From Octopus vulgaris (Eukaryota): a DNA stretch of 64,000 nucleotides. The position numbers and the translations under genes were made by a program. The notes beneath the pieces are model-generated. The model did no database searches and had not been told where the DNA came from. It was given only the letters and a program-made list of their open reading frames with translations. Below, piece after piece: positions 13,733-26,769 of the stretch. The stretch spans positions 33,604,001 through 33,668,000 of the forward strand of contig OX597834.1 of the NCBI GenBank assembly GCA_951406725.2, in the 5' to 3' direction. How positions within the stretch are numbered: the first letter of the stretch is position 1; each line of letters begins with the position of its first letter.

Positions 13733-14429
13733 TAATAATTCTTTCTACAATAGACACAAGACCTGAAATTTTGGGGTGGAATTAGTCAATGACATTGACC
13801 CCAGGGGTCCATCTGGTACTTTATTTTATCAGTCCTGAAAAGTTAAAAGGTAAAAATCAACCTCTGCAGAATTTGAACTCAGAACCTGAAGCCAAACGTA
13901 ATGCCACTAAGCACTAATATTTCTGCCAGCTTTCTACCTTATGTTATAATAGTAATATTAATTGTAAATTCCATGTACACAAATCTTGGGGGATTCAGCT
14001 GGATCAATTGCTTGAGGATTCTGCCCCCACAACCTCCCTTGGAATAAGCAGGCAAAGCAGATGAGAGTTAACTCCTTCCTATCCAGTACCCAGATAATCA
14101 GGACTCTAAAGCAACAGGCACCCAGAAAAATTTCAAAGAAAATATGTTGTCATTTAGAGTCAAGAGAATTTGTGCTCATTTATGTTAATTAATTACTGTA
14201 ATTGATAGCATAAAAGAAACATGGGTATATTGGATACAAATTAATTACAGAAGTGCATATTCAGGAAAAGATTTTAATGAATTAATGCTTTAGCTTTTAG
14301 ACTAGCTGAATTATTCTATCTGTTTTATGTTTAAACTAGCTAGATATAGCTTCTCACACCAACCTGACAATGTTATTCTAAAAATATACAACAACATCAC
14401 TGAAATATCAAAGCTATAAGATAATATAA

Positions 14430-14662
14430 GGCAGCAAGCTGGCAGAACCGTTAGCACGCCGGGTGAAATGCTTAGCAGTATTTCGTCTGCCGTTGCGTTC
14501 TGAGCTAAAATTCCACCGAGGTCGACTTTGCCTTTCATCCTTTCGGGGTCGATAAATTAAGTACCAGTTACGCACTGGGGTCGATGTAATCGACTTAATC
14601 CCTCTTTGTCTGTCCTTGTTTGTCCCCTCTATGTTTAGCCCCTTGTGGGCAGTAAAGAAATA
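14430..14662 (+). mobile_element. SINE family B copy
   Basis: Reverse complement of 31010-31243. Confidence 0.85.
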
Positions 14663-14954
14663 GCTATAAGATAATATGTGATTAATTAAAAAAGAAGATG
14701 AATAAATAAGCATTACGTTTGACAGAGAAATCTGAATGTTAAAGGGTTAAAGCATATAATGTAGTACCAAGTTCACATTTAGGACCCGGGGTGATGTTTT
14801 GAAGCAGTTTTTTAGAAAAACGGTGTGCGTCTTATATGCCATCAAATATAGTAATTATCATTAAAAGAAAATTCTTATTCTATCTAAAATGAATCAATGC
14901 TTCCCAAAGTACAGCATTTTTTTTTACTGAATTTACAGTACCCAAGTGAAGCTT

Positions 14955-15270
14955 TATGGCTTAGTGGTTAGGGGTATTCAGCTCTCAATCGTAAGGTGGT
15001 GAGTTTGATTTGCGGTGGTGTGTTTGCATCCTTGAGCTAGACACTTTATTTCATATTGATCCAGACCACTCAGCTGGCAAAAACGAGTAGTCCCTATAAT
15101 TCAAAAAAGGACAGCCTTGTCACATTCTGTGCCATGCTAAATCTCTCTGAGAACTACATTAAGAGTATGCATGTCTGTGGAGTACTCAGCCACTTGCACG
15201 TAATTTCATGAGCAGGCAGTTCCTTGATTAGATCAACTGGAACCTTGTCATCATAACCAACAGAGTGCCA
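14955..15270 (+). mobile_element. tRNA-derived SINE family D
   Basis: A box tggcttagtgg, B-box-like gagtttgattt, core ccttgagctagacactttatttc. A related copy lies at about 54330-54548 (-). Confidence 0.6.
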
Positions 15271-16636
15271 GAGGAGAAGTGACAGTACCTGTATTTCATT
15301 ATTTTAATAAAATTTGTTATTCACTTAAATTATACTTATATTCTTTCCTATTGCTCTCAATTCTACTATATTCAGCATATTAATGACCAGATTCGAGCGA
15401 GGTCGTTGCCAGTACCGCCTGACTGGCCCTCGTGCTGGTGGCATATAAAAAGCACCCACTACACTTTTGGAGTGGTTGGCGTTAGGAAGGGCATCCAGCT
15501 GTAGAAACTCTGCCAGATCAAGATTGGAGCCTGGTGCAGCCATCTGGTTCGCCAGCCCTCAGTCAAAATCGTCCAACCCATACTAGCATGGAAAGCAGAC
15601 ATTAAACGATGATGATGATGATGATGATGATGATGATACTGATGTATATATAGACTTTATATTAGTTTTGTACGGTAATATGGAAATTCCACCCTTTTGT
15701 CACCTACTTCTGTTGAAATAAACTGTTTTTCTTTCAGTTAATTTTGAAAATAGTAAAGAATGCTAAAGTAAATTTGTCATAATTAAGCTGAAGTTTGGAA
15801 CATAAACTAACATGAAATCTTCGTAGGAGGTTTCAATTTAAATCACTTTAAAACAGGAAGTTTGTCTGTTTAAACCAAAGGCTGTCACAGGTGATTTGGT
15901 ACCAAAAGGGTTAAAGAGTAATGATTAGATCACTGGAAAATTTGGTTATCTGGCAACCATCTGGTCACAGTGGTACCAGAGAGGAGGAGGGAGTTTGCTG
16001 TACAGGGTTTAGTTAAGAAAAATGAAATCTTTATTAAATGCATGGGGAATACTTAGGGAACAAAATATCAAAGAGAAAGAAAAAAAAATGTTTGACATGG
16101 CATGAAAAAGCATTGTTTTATCATCATAAAAATGAATGACTGAATTTTCTACTAGAATATGTAAATTTAAATTTGTTTGTACATGCGATGTGATGGAAGG
16201 TTGTTTGGTTAGTTCCTGCATATATATATATATATATATATAAAATGTTCTTTCTCTGCTGCAATCAATTCTTGCATAGATAATAATTAGAAATAAAACA
16301 AAATTGTAAAAAATGTCTTTTAAAAAATGTCCTTTTCATTGAATTGCATCCATTTTCACGGCTGTAAAACATCTTTACTCTGTCAGTAGGTGTCTTTTGA
16401 TCAGTTTTAGTGAAATTGCATGAAAATAAGTTCCATGTCCATATATATGTATGGGCATATATATATACACACACACACACATATATAATATTATATTTAA
16501 TTATTTAATTACAATGTTTCATTACACTTGGACAAATGTTTTACTCTATGGAAGCCTTCATAATATATATATATATATATACAAATACATACATAAATAT
16601 AAATATATATATATCTACATACATATATATATACTA

Positions 16637-16672
<36 letters not shown>

Positions 16673-17544
16673 GTACATATATATATATATGTATGTATAC
16701 AAACTATATATATATATGTATGTATACACACACACACAAACACATATATACATAAATAAAATAAGGCAAAACAGGAGAGGTTGTTATAAAATATTTAGTT
16801 ATAGCTTCTGCACATTTCATTAACAAAAAATGTTTAACAGTTACATAATGTAAATTCTATAATCCAGTTTCATTGTCAAACCTTCAGAGATGTGTAAATT
16901 TCATTCATAATTTTACATACACATACAAGATTAGTGATAGTGTTACCATCGACATTTATATTATATATATATATATAAATATATATATATATGTATAAAG
17001 CCCTATTTAAAGTGGAAGAAAGTATAGTCAGTCGACTCAACCTCTGAATATTACAGGTATGTTTGGTTTGTTTTATAATGTAATTGATTCCATAAGGAAA
17101 ACATTAAGACACACAGCAACTGGATTTGAACCCCTCGCTGCTGCTATTTAAGAATTTGTACAACTGAAGATGTCACAGACACATGGGATTCCTTGCTTAG
17201 CTTGCTTACCTGGTTTCTTGAAGACAACACAATAAACTGTTCCTTGTTTCTTCTAGACAAGGTAGAGGTGTCTAGATACTGTTGCAGGTTAGTGATATGA
17301 TGTTTGTGTGTGAATGTGTGCATGCATATGTGCATGTCTACATGCATATGTGTATGTTTATAAAGATGTATATACATATATGCCAGCATATGTATAAATA
17401 GGTATGTTTGCGTGTATGTCTATCTATTTATTTTTCTGTCCCTCCCTACTCTCTCTCTCTCACTATATCTATATATTATATATCCATATATTATATATAT
17501 TTATATGTAATATATGTAGATATATATCTATATCTACCTGTATA

Positions 17545-18794
17545 TTAGTTTGTCAAGAAAGTTCTTGTGGATGTTTTAATTTTGGTTTTAAATGATGTAT
17601 TTTCAAATTAATTTTCATTAAATTACTTTGGCTTCATATATCATTTTAAAGCCCGTTTTTCACTCTATCTAATCGTGTTACTCTTTTTCTCTTTGAATAA
17701 TTAGGCCATTTTTTTCAGAACGTTGAATACAACACGGGCAAAAAGCAAATTCACACAATTTTCTTATTCCAGTTCAAGCTAGGCCAAAAAGTTGCTGAAA
17801 CAGCCCACAATATCAACGATGTGCTTGGCCCAGGAACTACTAATGAACGTACAGCACAATGGTGGTTCAAGAAATTTTGTAGTGGTGATGAGAGTCTTGA
17901 AGATGATAAGCATAGTGGTTGGTCATTGGACGTTGACAACGATCAACTAAGAGCCTTAGTCAAAGCCAATCCATGCACGACTGTTTGAGAGCTTGCTTCT
18001 GAATTAGACATAATGTATATCACAATTTCCAACCACTTGAAAGAGATTGGAAAAACAAAAATACTTGACAAATGGGTACCACATGAACTGAACAACCAAA
18101 AAAAAAATGCCATTTTGAAGTGTTGTCTTCCCTTCTTTTACACAACAAGAATGACCTGTTTCTCAGCCAGATTGTGACTTGCGATGAAAAGTGGATTCTT
18201 TATGACAACCGGTGATGCTCAGTTCAGTGGTTGGATGCCGATGAAGCTCCATGGCACTTCCCGAAGCCAAAGTTGCACCAAAAGAAGGTCATGGTGACTG
18301 TTTGGTGGTCCGCAGCCAATCTCATCCATCACAGCTTTTTGGATCCAGGCAAATGGATGAAATGCATAAGAAACTCTGACAATAACAGCCAGCATTGGTC
18401 AATAGAAAAGGACCAATTCTTTTCCATGACAATGCTCAGCCACACGTTGCACAACTGACCCTGCAGAAATTGAATGAATTGGGCTACAAAACTCTACCTC
18501 ATCCAACATACTCACCAGACCTCTCGCCTACCAACTACTTTTTCAAGCATCTCGATAACTTCCTGCATGAGAAATGCTTCAAAAACCAAGACGATGCTAA
18601 ACACTCCTTCAACGACTTCATCACCACCAGATGTAGGATTTTTACACTACTGGAATTAATAAACTTGTTTCGCATTGGCAAAAGTGCGTTGAGTCTGATG
18701 GTGTTTAGTTCGATTAATAAAGTTTTGTTTGAGCCAAGATATGTGCATCTGAATTTAAAGGTTAAAAACCGCAAGAACTTTCTTGACAACCTAA
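17545..18794 (+). mobile_element. Full-length decayed mariner DNA transposon
   Basis: TIRs ttagtttgtcaagaaagttcttg / caagaactttcttgacaacctaa with TA flanks; about 1.25 kb. Transposase remnants WVPHEL, IVTCDEKW, HDNAQPH, YSPDLSPT with frameshifts and stops. Confidence 0.95.
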
Positions 18795-18921
18795 TATATG
18801 TATATGTATACAAGCATATATATATGTGTGTATATATACGTATATATACAAGCATATATATGTGTGTATATATACACATACATATATATGTATTAGTGCA
18901 TATATATATACACACACAACC

Positions 18922-18952
<31 letters not shown>

Positions 18953-19457
18953 TACATGTGTGTGTATTAAAGAGACTTGTTGGGTATGGCTGGAAGTATA
19001 CAAGAAGATATAAAGTAAACTCTAAAAAGGCAAAAAAAAAAAAAGAAAACAATTTTGTAGTTTAACCTTACATTTCTGTATTTCGGGACATTGACCTCTT
19101 CTTCAGGACATGTGGAAAATTGAGGGGTGAAAAACCCCAAAACCATGTGGTTGCATGGCTGCATGGTTGCAGAGTGAGCTTCTTAACCACAAAGCCACAT
19201 GCCAGATGATGAGAAGACACACACATACATACACAGACACGTATACACACACAAACACACATACACAAGCACACACACACACATACGCACACACACACAA
19301 ACACACAAAAATGTTCCTCTTTCATGAATACAAAACAAAAGACTCTGCTTTAACTTAGACCTTATGTTTTACATTAAAAAGCAAATAATTACTCGTACAT
19401 CGTCTTAAAAGACAAAGTGGGGGAAAAAAAAGTGAACTATTTTGCTGGCTGGAATGT

Positions 19458-19498
<41 letters not shown>

Positions 19499-19740
19499 GG
19501 AGAGAGAGAGAAGGGGGAGGTGAACATTAAAAATGGCTTGACATGGGAAATGATACAGGGGAAATGATATATAATTTGTGTGTGTGTGTGTGTGTGCGCA
19601 TAGATATATACATACAATTACATGCATACATATGTACACATATATATGTATGTGTGCACATATGTATGTAAAAAGATATATATTTATACATAGAAGTATA
19701 TACATTTATATTCATAAGTATATGTAATTAAATGTATATT

Positions 19741-19772
<32 letters not shown>

Positions 19773-19816
19773 CATATATATACGTATATATATATGTATA
19801 TATATATGTACATATG

Positions 19817-19898
<82 letters not shown>

Positions 19899-20098
19899 TA
19901 TATATGTATATATATATATATACATATATATGCACTCACACATATATATGTATATATAATATGAGGGGTTTGGTTCCCTTGTGATCTAAATGAATAGGTA
20001 TGTTGAGCAAGTGCTATAGTTGGTCGTCTTTTAGGTTCCAAGTTCACAGCTGAGAATGGATCTAGGGATCCATATTAGGGTTCCATTATAGCAGGTAT

Positions 20099-20793
20099 AT
20101 ATTATATTTGAAGCAAAAGCAAAACCAAAGCAGAACGAGTATTTCAAGTCATTTAGAATAATTTAATTAGGGTAAGGTGAATTTGAAGCCTTACAGCCGT
20201 TTCTGGGGTGAATTTGAAGCCTTACAGCCGTTTCTGGTTAGAATATCTACACACTGGGCATTCCGTCATCAGCGACAAGATATGGATATTTAAGACAGGG
20301 GAAATTTAGAGTTTGCAAGGAATAAAATTCACAGTTTATAAGGAATAAAATAGAAGAATAAAGGAATAAATAGAAGAATAAAGAGTAAAAGTAGTGAGAA
20401 GAATATAGGTAGGAGACCTGTACCTTCATGAAAGTACCAACCTACATCCATATCCTCTGGAAAAAAGATGAGTTGGGAGTGTTATTCTGCCTATATTCTT
20501 CTAACTACCTTTTTACTCTCTATTCTCCTATTTACTCCTTTATTCTTCTATTTTATTCCTTATAAACTGTGAATTTTATTTCTTGTAAACTGTAAATTTC
20601 CCCTGTCTAAAATATTCATATCTTGTCGCTGATGACGGAATGCCCAGTGAGTTCATGGACATACTAATTTATCGCTTGGATTACCCCAGAAACAGCTGTA
20701 AGGCTTCAAACTCACCTTCCCCTAATTAATTTATTCTAAATGACTTGAGATACTCGTTCGGCCTTGGTTTTGCTTTTTCCTCTAATATAATAC
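20099..20793. mobile_element. Fold-back element 1 (arms ~310 bp) with a hammerhead-like motif in each arm; Penelope-like pLTR candidate
   Basis: 20099-20412 is the imperfect reverse complement of 20487-20793. CTGATGA (20629) ... GAAACAGCTGTA (20689) on +, mirrored on - at 20223-20272. Confidence 0.75.
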
Positions 20794-20986
20794 ATATATA
20801 TAAGCATATATGCCTGTGTATGTGTATATGTGTGCAGGTGTGTATATAAATACACACACACATTTATACATATATACCATCATTGTCATCATCATCACTT
20901 ACATAATTTCTTGTTTGTTTTCTATGCTAGCATGAGTTGAACCGAAATTTTGATGTCACTGTCAACCTTTCCCTTGTAAAAAGTCA

Positions 20987-21032
<46 letters not shown>

Positions 21033-21219
21033 AGAATAATATGTGTATATATGTATGTATCTGTATCAAATATATATCTGACACAGCTATTGAGTAAACC
21101 TTCAGTTAATGTTTAACAGTTATAAACAAAGATTTATATATATGATTTTTTTTTATGTATGCATAAATATATATGTATGTACATATGTATGTATATGTGT
21201 AAATGTATGTATATCTATA

Positions 21220-21260
<41 letters not shown>

Positions 21261-21704
21261 AGAGAGAGAGAGATGTGGGCATTAGGAAGGGCATCCAGCT
21301 GTAGAAACACTACCAGATCAGACTGGAGCCTGGTGCAGCCTCCTGGCTCCCCGGACCCCAGTTGAACCGTCCGACCCATGCTAGCATGGAAAACAGACGT
21401 TAAACAATGATGGTGAGGATGATAGATAGATATAGATATATATATTACACACACACACATACACACTCACACACACGCATATATGCAATATAGCATATAT
21501 GATGTTTTGAGCATGGCTCTTCATTGGATAGTGAAAGAAAATCCAGGGAAGAGGAAAAAGAGAAAGGAACGGACAGTCAGGAAAAAAGCACATGGGTTGC
21601 TACGTGGTCAAAAAATAACTTTTAATTTTCCATCTAAAACTTTCACCGAGTATCAAACTAATATAGCATATATATGTATATGTATGTATGTGTATGTATG
21701 TATG

Positions 21705-21752
<48 letters not shown>

Positions 21753-22101
21753 AGTATGTATATAACCAGGTTTTCATGCCTTGTTACCTTAAGAGAGATA
21801 TATTCTCCATGGTAACCGCTGTGTATTTGCCTTCTAGCAGTTGAAATATGTCACAAACATATTTCAACTAACCTAAATTTTTATATATATATATGCACAT
21901 TTATCTATCTATATACATATGTGTCTATATATATGTGAGTGTATGTATATATATGTGTATGTTTATACATATATGTGTATGTTTATACATATATATATAA
22001 ATATATACATATGTATGTATATATCTGTATATGTATATGTATGTGCATATATGTGTAGATATGTATATATGTATTTGTGTATTATATGTATGTGTTATCA
22101 T

Positions 22102-23298
22102 TCAGCGTAAGCCCAAGTTGACAACCATTATCACAACAGCTAACATTACCCCGACACGACCTCTACACCGCCGTTGTGTCACTGAGTATCCCGAAGAACG
22201 GGAGTTTTCTGCTAACTCATCCATGATTGGTTGATTTGGGTCGTTATTTGTCTCACTGGACAGACCAAGCCAAGCACTCATTGATGCTCTACCAGATGCG
22301 TTTGATGCCTGGCAGATGTATCGGCCCGTGTCTGATGCTGTGACATTTTGTATGACAAACCAGACCACGTATAACCCAGTCGCCTGGTTTTTCTCAATAA
22401 ACAGTTCCTGTTTTATATTTGTGCTTCCTGTTGTGTTCACCGAAGATACTTTCAACCACTCGATATAAGGCGATGATACGCTACTCACAACACATTTGAA
22501 CCTGGCAACACTACCTTCAGCTACGGTTTGGTTAGTGATGCCTTTAACTACAGGTGGTGCCTGCTTGCTTACTCTGATTACATGTAGATTGTATCGATGA
22601 GTAATTCGACCATGTTTATTTTCAGCAATACACTGATACTCCCCTTCATGTTTAGGGGCCAATTTTTTCATTATCATCGTTTGACCTTCCCATTTGATAC
22701 GATTCCCTTTCTTCCATATCACTTTCGGAACAGGATTTCCATCAGCGTAGCAGCGGAGTTTTAACTGTGATCCTGCAGGAAAGTATAGATCAGATCTGTC
22801 TTTACGAACCCAAAATGGAGGTTTACCTTCGCTTTCCCCTTCAATGCTTTCATTGTGCATTTGGTCAGTTTTTATGGACTCTGCCTGAGAAAGATTTTTG
22901 GTGAGAACCCGGAAATCTGATCTCAGTTTATGACCATTTTTTGTTTCTGTTCTGCAAGAATAATTCCCAGAATCCTCTGCTTTATAAGGGTTCATTACTA
23001 AAGTATTCCGTGAAACTTTAATTCGGGAACTATTATTGTTAGTGTCTGCCGTTTGCTTCAGAATCTGTGAATTTTTGAACCAGGACATGCTTAACTTGGA
23101 GTGACCTCTGACTTTACATACAAACTTCATCTTCTCACCTGGTGTGCCATATTGGAGAGGCTGGGGCTGGCGACGGAATGAAGGTTTATGTAACCTTAAG
23201 CTTGTGTCATTTGTCACAGAAACACGTGCCCCAGCAACATGAATGACAAGAAGAAGCAAAACAGACAAAGCTGAAACAATATCGTGTGAAACGAACAT
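22102..23298 (-). CDS. FGFRL1: Uninterrupted FGFR-like (FGFRL1/nou-darake-like) protein: signal peptide, 3 Ig domains, C-terminal hydrophobic tail, no kinase
   Basis: 398-aa non-repetitive ORF. Hydrophobic signal peptide (IVSALSVLLLLVIHVAG). Ig1: FVCKV..WFKN..DSGNYSC. Short acidic linker: ESIEGESEG. FGFR D2-like: PAGSQLKLRCYADGNPVPKVIWKK..EGEYQCIAENKHGRITHRYNLHV. FGFR D3-like: NQTVAEGSVARFKCVVSS..PYIEWLK..NVTASDTGRYICQASNASG..SAWL. Ends VGVMLAVVIMVVNLGLR*. The symbol is a family-level call; orthology is not established. Confidence 0.88.
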   Translation of the reverse strand: MFVSHDIVSALSVLLLLVIHVAGARVSVTNDTSLRLHKPSFRRQPQPLQYGTPGEKMKFVCKVRGHSKLSMSWFKNSQILKQTADTNNNSSRIKVSRNTLVMNPYKAEDSGNYSCRTETKNGHKLRSDFRVLTKNLSQAESIKTDQMHNESIEGESEGKPPFWVRKDRSDLYFPAGSQLKLRCYADGNPVPKVIWKKGNRIKWEGQTMIMKKLAPKHEGEYQCIAENKHGRITHRYNLHVIRVSKQAPPVVKGITNQTVAEGSVARFKCVVSSVSSPYIEWLKVSSVNTTGSTNIKQELFIEKNQATGLYVVWFVIQNVTASDTGRYICQASNASGRASMSAWLGLSSETNNDPNQPIMDELAENSRSSGYSVTQRRCRGRVGVMLAVVIMVVNLGLR

Positions 23299-23303
23299 TA
23301 TTA

Positions 23304-23346
<43 letters not shown>

Positions 23347-23601
23347 AGGTTGGTGAGTGTATGTATGTACGTGTGTATGAGTGTCTCAGTATGGCTGGTT
23401 AGATCTACTTTCAGTTTTCATTTACAGAATCATCACAGCATGGAGAAGCCACTTGCCTTAATGCCAAAGGGAACGCTGATGATTTTTGGCATGCCCTTAA
23501 TTGCACTAGTGTGTCCATCCTCATCCTTTGGATCACAGTCATGTGCACACACACACACATATACACACAGATACATACGCACATGCACACACACACACGC
23601 A

Positions 23602-23633
<32 letters not shown>

Positions 23634-23636
<3 letters not shown>

Positions 23637-23776
23637 CTTTTTTACTCGTATATATGTCACACTATTTTCTACTTGGTTTTAACTGAAAAAACTGGGGTGT
23701 GACTTATACATGAGTGCAACTTATATATAAGTGTGACTTATGCACGAGTGTGACTTATACATAAGAAAATATGGTA
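23634..23776. mobile_element. Short mariner/pogo-type MITE about 340 bp upstream of the FGFR-like ATG
   Basis: TIR-like ends cctttttactcgtatatatgtcacac / gtgtgacttatacataagaaaatatgg(ta), with internal ~18-bp gtgtgacttata repeats. Confidence 0.6.
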
Positions 23777-24699
23777 TTTATGTTTTGCATATATTCCATT
23801 TATATCTTTTCTATTTGTTATGTAGCAATTTTTTTTTATGCCAACACACAATGTAAAACTCTGACCGCTTTTGTGCATTGTCTTTGTTCTTCATACGTTC
23901 CCCTTGTGGCAAATAAAGAAAACATTATAATTGCTGCTGCTGCTGTTGTTGTTGTTTTTGTTGTTGTTGTTGTTGTTGTTGTTGTAGTTGTAGCTGCTGA
24001 GTTTGTTCTTAATTATTTAACTTGCCGATATGGATAATTTTTAGGCAGACCACTCTCTTCAATCAGTTAACGATATTCCTCACACACCAAACCTCTATAC
24101 GCATCACATCTGGGAACCATTTCTGGTTCCTGACTAATTTTTAGTTTCATCTTCATTCGAGTAAGAACAATTACATCATTCACCATAACGAGACGTAGAA
24201 TTCATGATGGACCAAAAAGATACCATGTGATAGTGGTGATGATGGTGGTGGTGGAGGTTGTAATGTAGTGGTGGTGTTGGTGTTGTTGGTGGAGGTAGTG
24301 ATGGTGGTTGTGGTGGGAGTAGGGTCTTCCCAATGCCTCTAAGTATTTTCTTTTCCTTTTCTTCTTACTTTTTTTTACTTCTTTATAGTTTCCAAGAGTT
24401 CACACCTGAAAAAAGTAGAACATAGATATATGTATATATTTATATATTTTGTATATTCATATATTTATATATTTGTATATCTATATATGGATGTATTTGG
24501 TATTTGGAGGAAGAGAGAGAAAGAGAGAAAGAAAGAGAGGATACAGTTGAGAGTGCTGGATGAGAGAAAGAGGAAAGAGAGAAAAGGAGAAAGAGAAAGG
24601 AGATGGACAGAGAGAGATGAAGGAGAAAGTTGAATGGAGATAGAGAGGGAAGGGGAAGGAGAATGAGGGGAGGAAGGAGAAGGATACAGAGATAGATAA

Positions 24700-24741
<42 letters not shown>

Positions 24742-24904
24742 GGATAGGTAGATTGATCGAATGAGAGAAAGAGAGAGATAAGGAATGAAGAAAGAATGAA
24801 GATTAACAGATGGTAAATTAAAAGCTTGTGAATGTTCAGTTAAGGTATTTAACATGATACCAACCAAAATTTGTGTATGTATACATATATGTGAGTATGT
24901 ATGC

Positions 24905-24967
<63 letters not shown>

Positions 24968-25015
24968 GAAGAAGTTCAATCATATAATAATATAAATAAT
25001 ATATATGTACATATA

Positions 25016-25100
<85 letters not shown>

Positions 25101-25292
25101 ATATATATATATATATGAATTAGAAAAAAAACACATTTTATCAATTCAAAATGAACAATTAAATTACACCATCTAGAAAATAGAAATATTAAAATTAAAA
25201 TAACAATAAAAAGTCAATGATTAAGTAAATTGCAAAAAAATAATAATAAAAACATATATAATTATATACCTTTTTCATTGACCACAACTATT

Positions 25293-25324
<32 letters not shown>

Positions 25325-25340
25325 TATCATTATCATTATT

Positions 25341-25374
<34 letters not shown>

Positions 25375-25376
<2 letters not shown>

Positions 25377-25531
25377 GTTTCTTTGTCAAAGCTCTTTCAT
25401 CACACATCCTGTGACCTCATCAGTGATACTCTATCCCATGTGAATAGATATGACAAAAGGGGACATTTGAGATAAAGAGTCACTGAAGAGGTCACAGGAT
25501 GTGAGGTGAAAGAGTTTCGACAAAGAAACTA
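25375..25531. mobile_element. Fold-back element 2 (arms ~60-70 bp) with intact hammerhead cores in both arms
   Basis: Plus: gtca CTGAAGA ggtcacaggatgtgaggt GAAA gagtttc gac (25479-25521). Minus: atca CTGATGA ggtcacaggatgtgtgat GAAA gagctt tgac (25385-25427). Flanked by (ATT)n/(TAA)n. Confidence 0.7.
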
Positions 25532-26418
25532 AAATTAAAATAATAATAATGATGAAGTGAAAACCAAATATATAAAGCTTGTGCTTAATTGACAAAAACA
25601 TGATGATCCCCAAATATAACAATAGAAATAAGATAATTGTTTTCACCAAAGTAATTACACAGGCAGGCAGATGTGTGTATGTGGGGTGGGGGGGTGGGGT
25701 GGAACAAAACATTTGGTGATTTAAAGGTTCAACAGAATTCACGGATGACTGCTTCAAGGCTGGGATGTCAATTGAATACTAAAAAATTGTGTTTCTCAAC
25801 AATAAACTTCTATAGGAAGTCGATTAAGATCACAAAACGCCCACAGAAGGAATTTGAACTTTCTAAACTCTTACACTCACCTCAACCACACCCCATTATG
25901 CTTTTCATACAGGATAACAACATGACAGTTTAAATTTATGACGGTTGTTTCAGGAGAAATGTATTTGATATAGTCATTACAAATTTCATCATGTTACATA
26001 AATCTCCAGCTTCAGACATTATTCAAACTTAGTGAACCATGACATGCCAATAATTTCAGCTGTGACACAGCCTATCAGTTTCTCAATGAAATAGATAGAT
26101 GTATAATTATACAAACATTTGTTTTGCCAGTTCTCCTTCATTCTTTTCCCTTTATTTTTATCCTATCGTTCAGAAGAAGAGTGTATACTCGAAATGTTAA
26201 AGACATTTCCTTCATTTTTTTCCCATGTCCTAAGTATCAAATTAATACCAAATCTGTGTTTATTTTTTTTACCTTGTTTTTTTTTTACTTTGTTATACTT
26301 TTCATCACCTTTGCACTACACACACACTCACAAACAAACACACACACAGATATACATACACACATACATACACATATACAAACAAATATATATACTTACA
26401 ACTAGATAAACAGAGATA

Positions 26419-26469
<51 letters not shown>

Positions 26470-26707
26470 ATATACAGATAGTATGACATCTTTGGAGAAT
26501 TCTTGAATTGTGAGAATCTCTCCCCTCTTCAAGTGGAGCTGGTCTTAATTGCCATTTGATAATTTAGATAACATCCCCTAGGGGCAGAGAAAAATTTTAA
26601 TAAATCAAGAATTTATGTTGTATGGTATTTGATATACCTGTATTTCTCTATGATGATCAAATACATATCCCTGACTGTTCTGAGTTATTTTTCTTAGCTC
26701 AATTTTG

Positions 26708-26769
<62 letters not shown>

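Noticed and set aside
14955-15020. Possible tRNA gene
   Set aside because: A/B boxes run into a SINE body and there is no complete cloverleaf.
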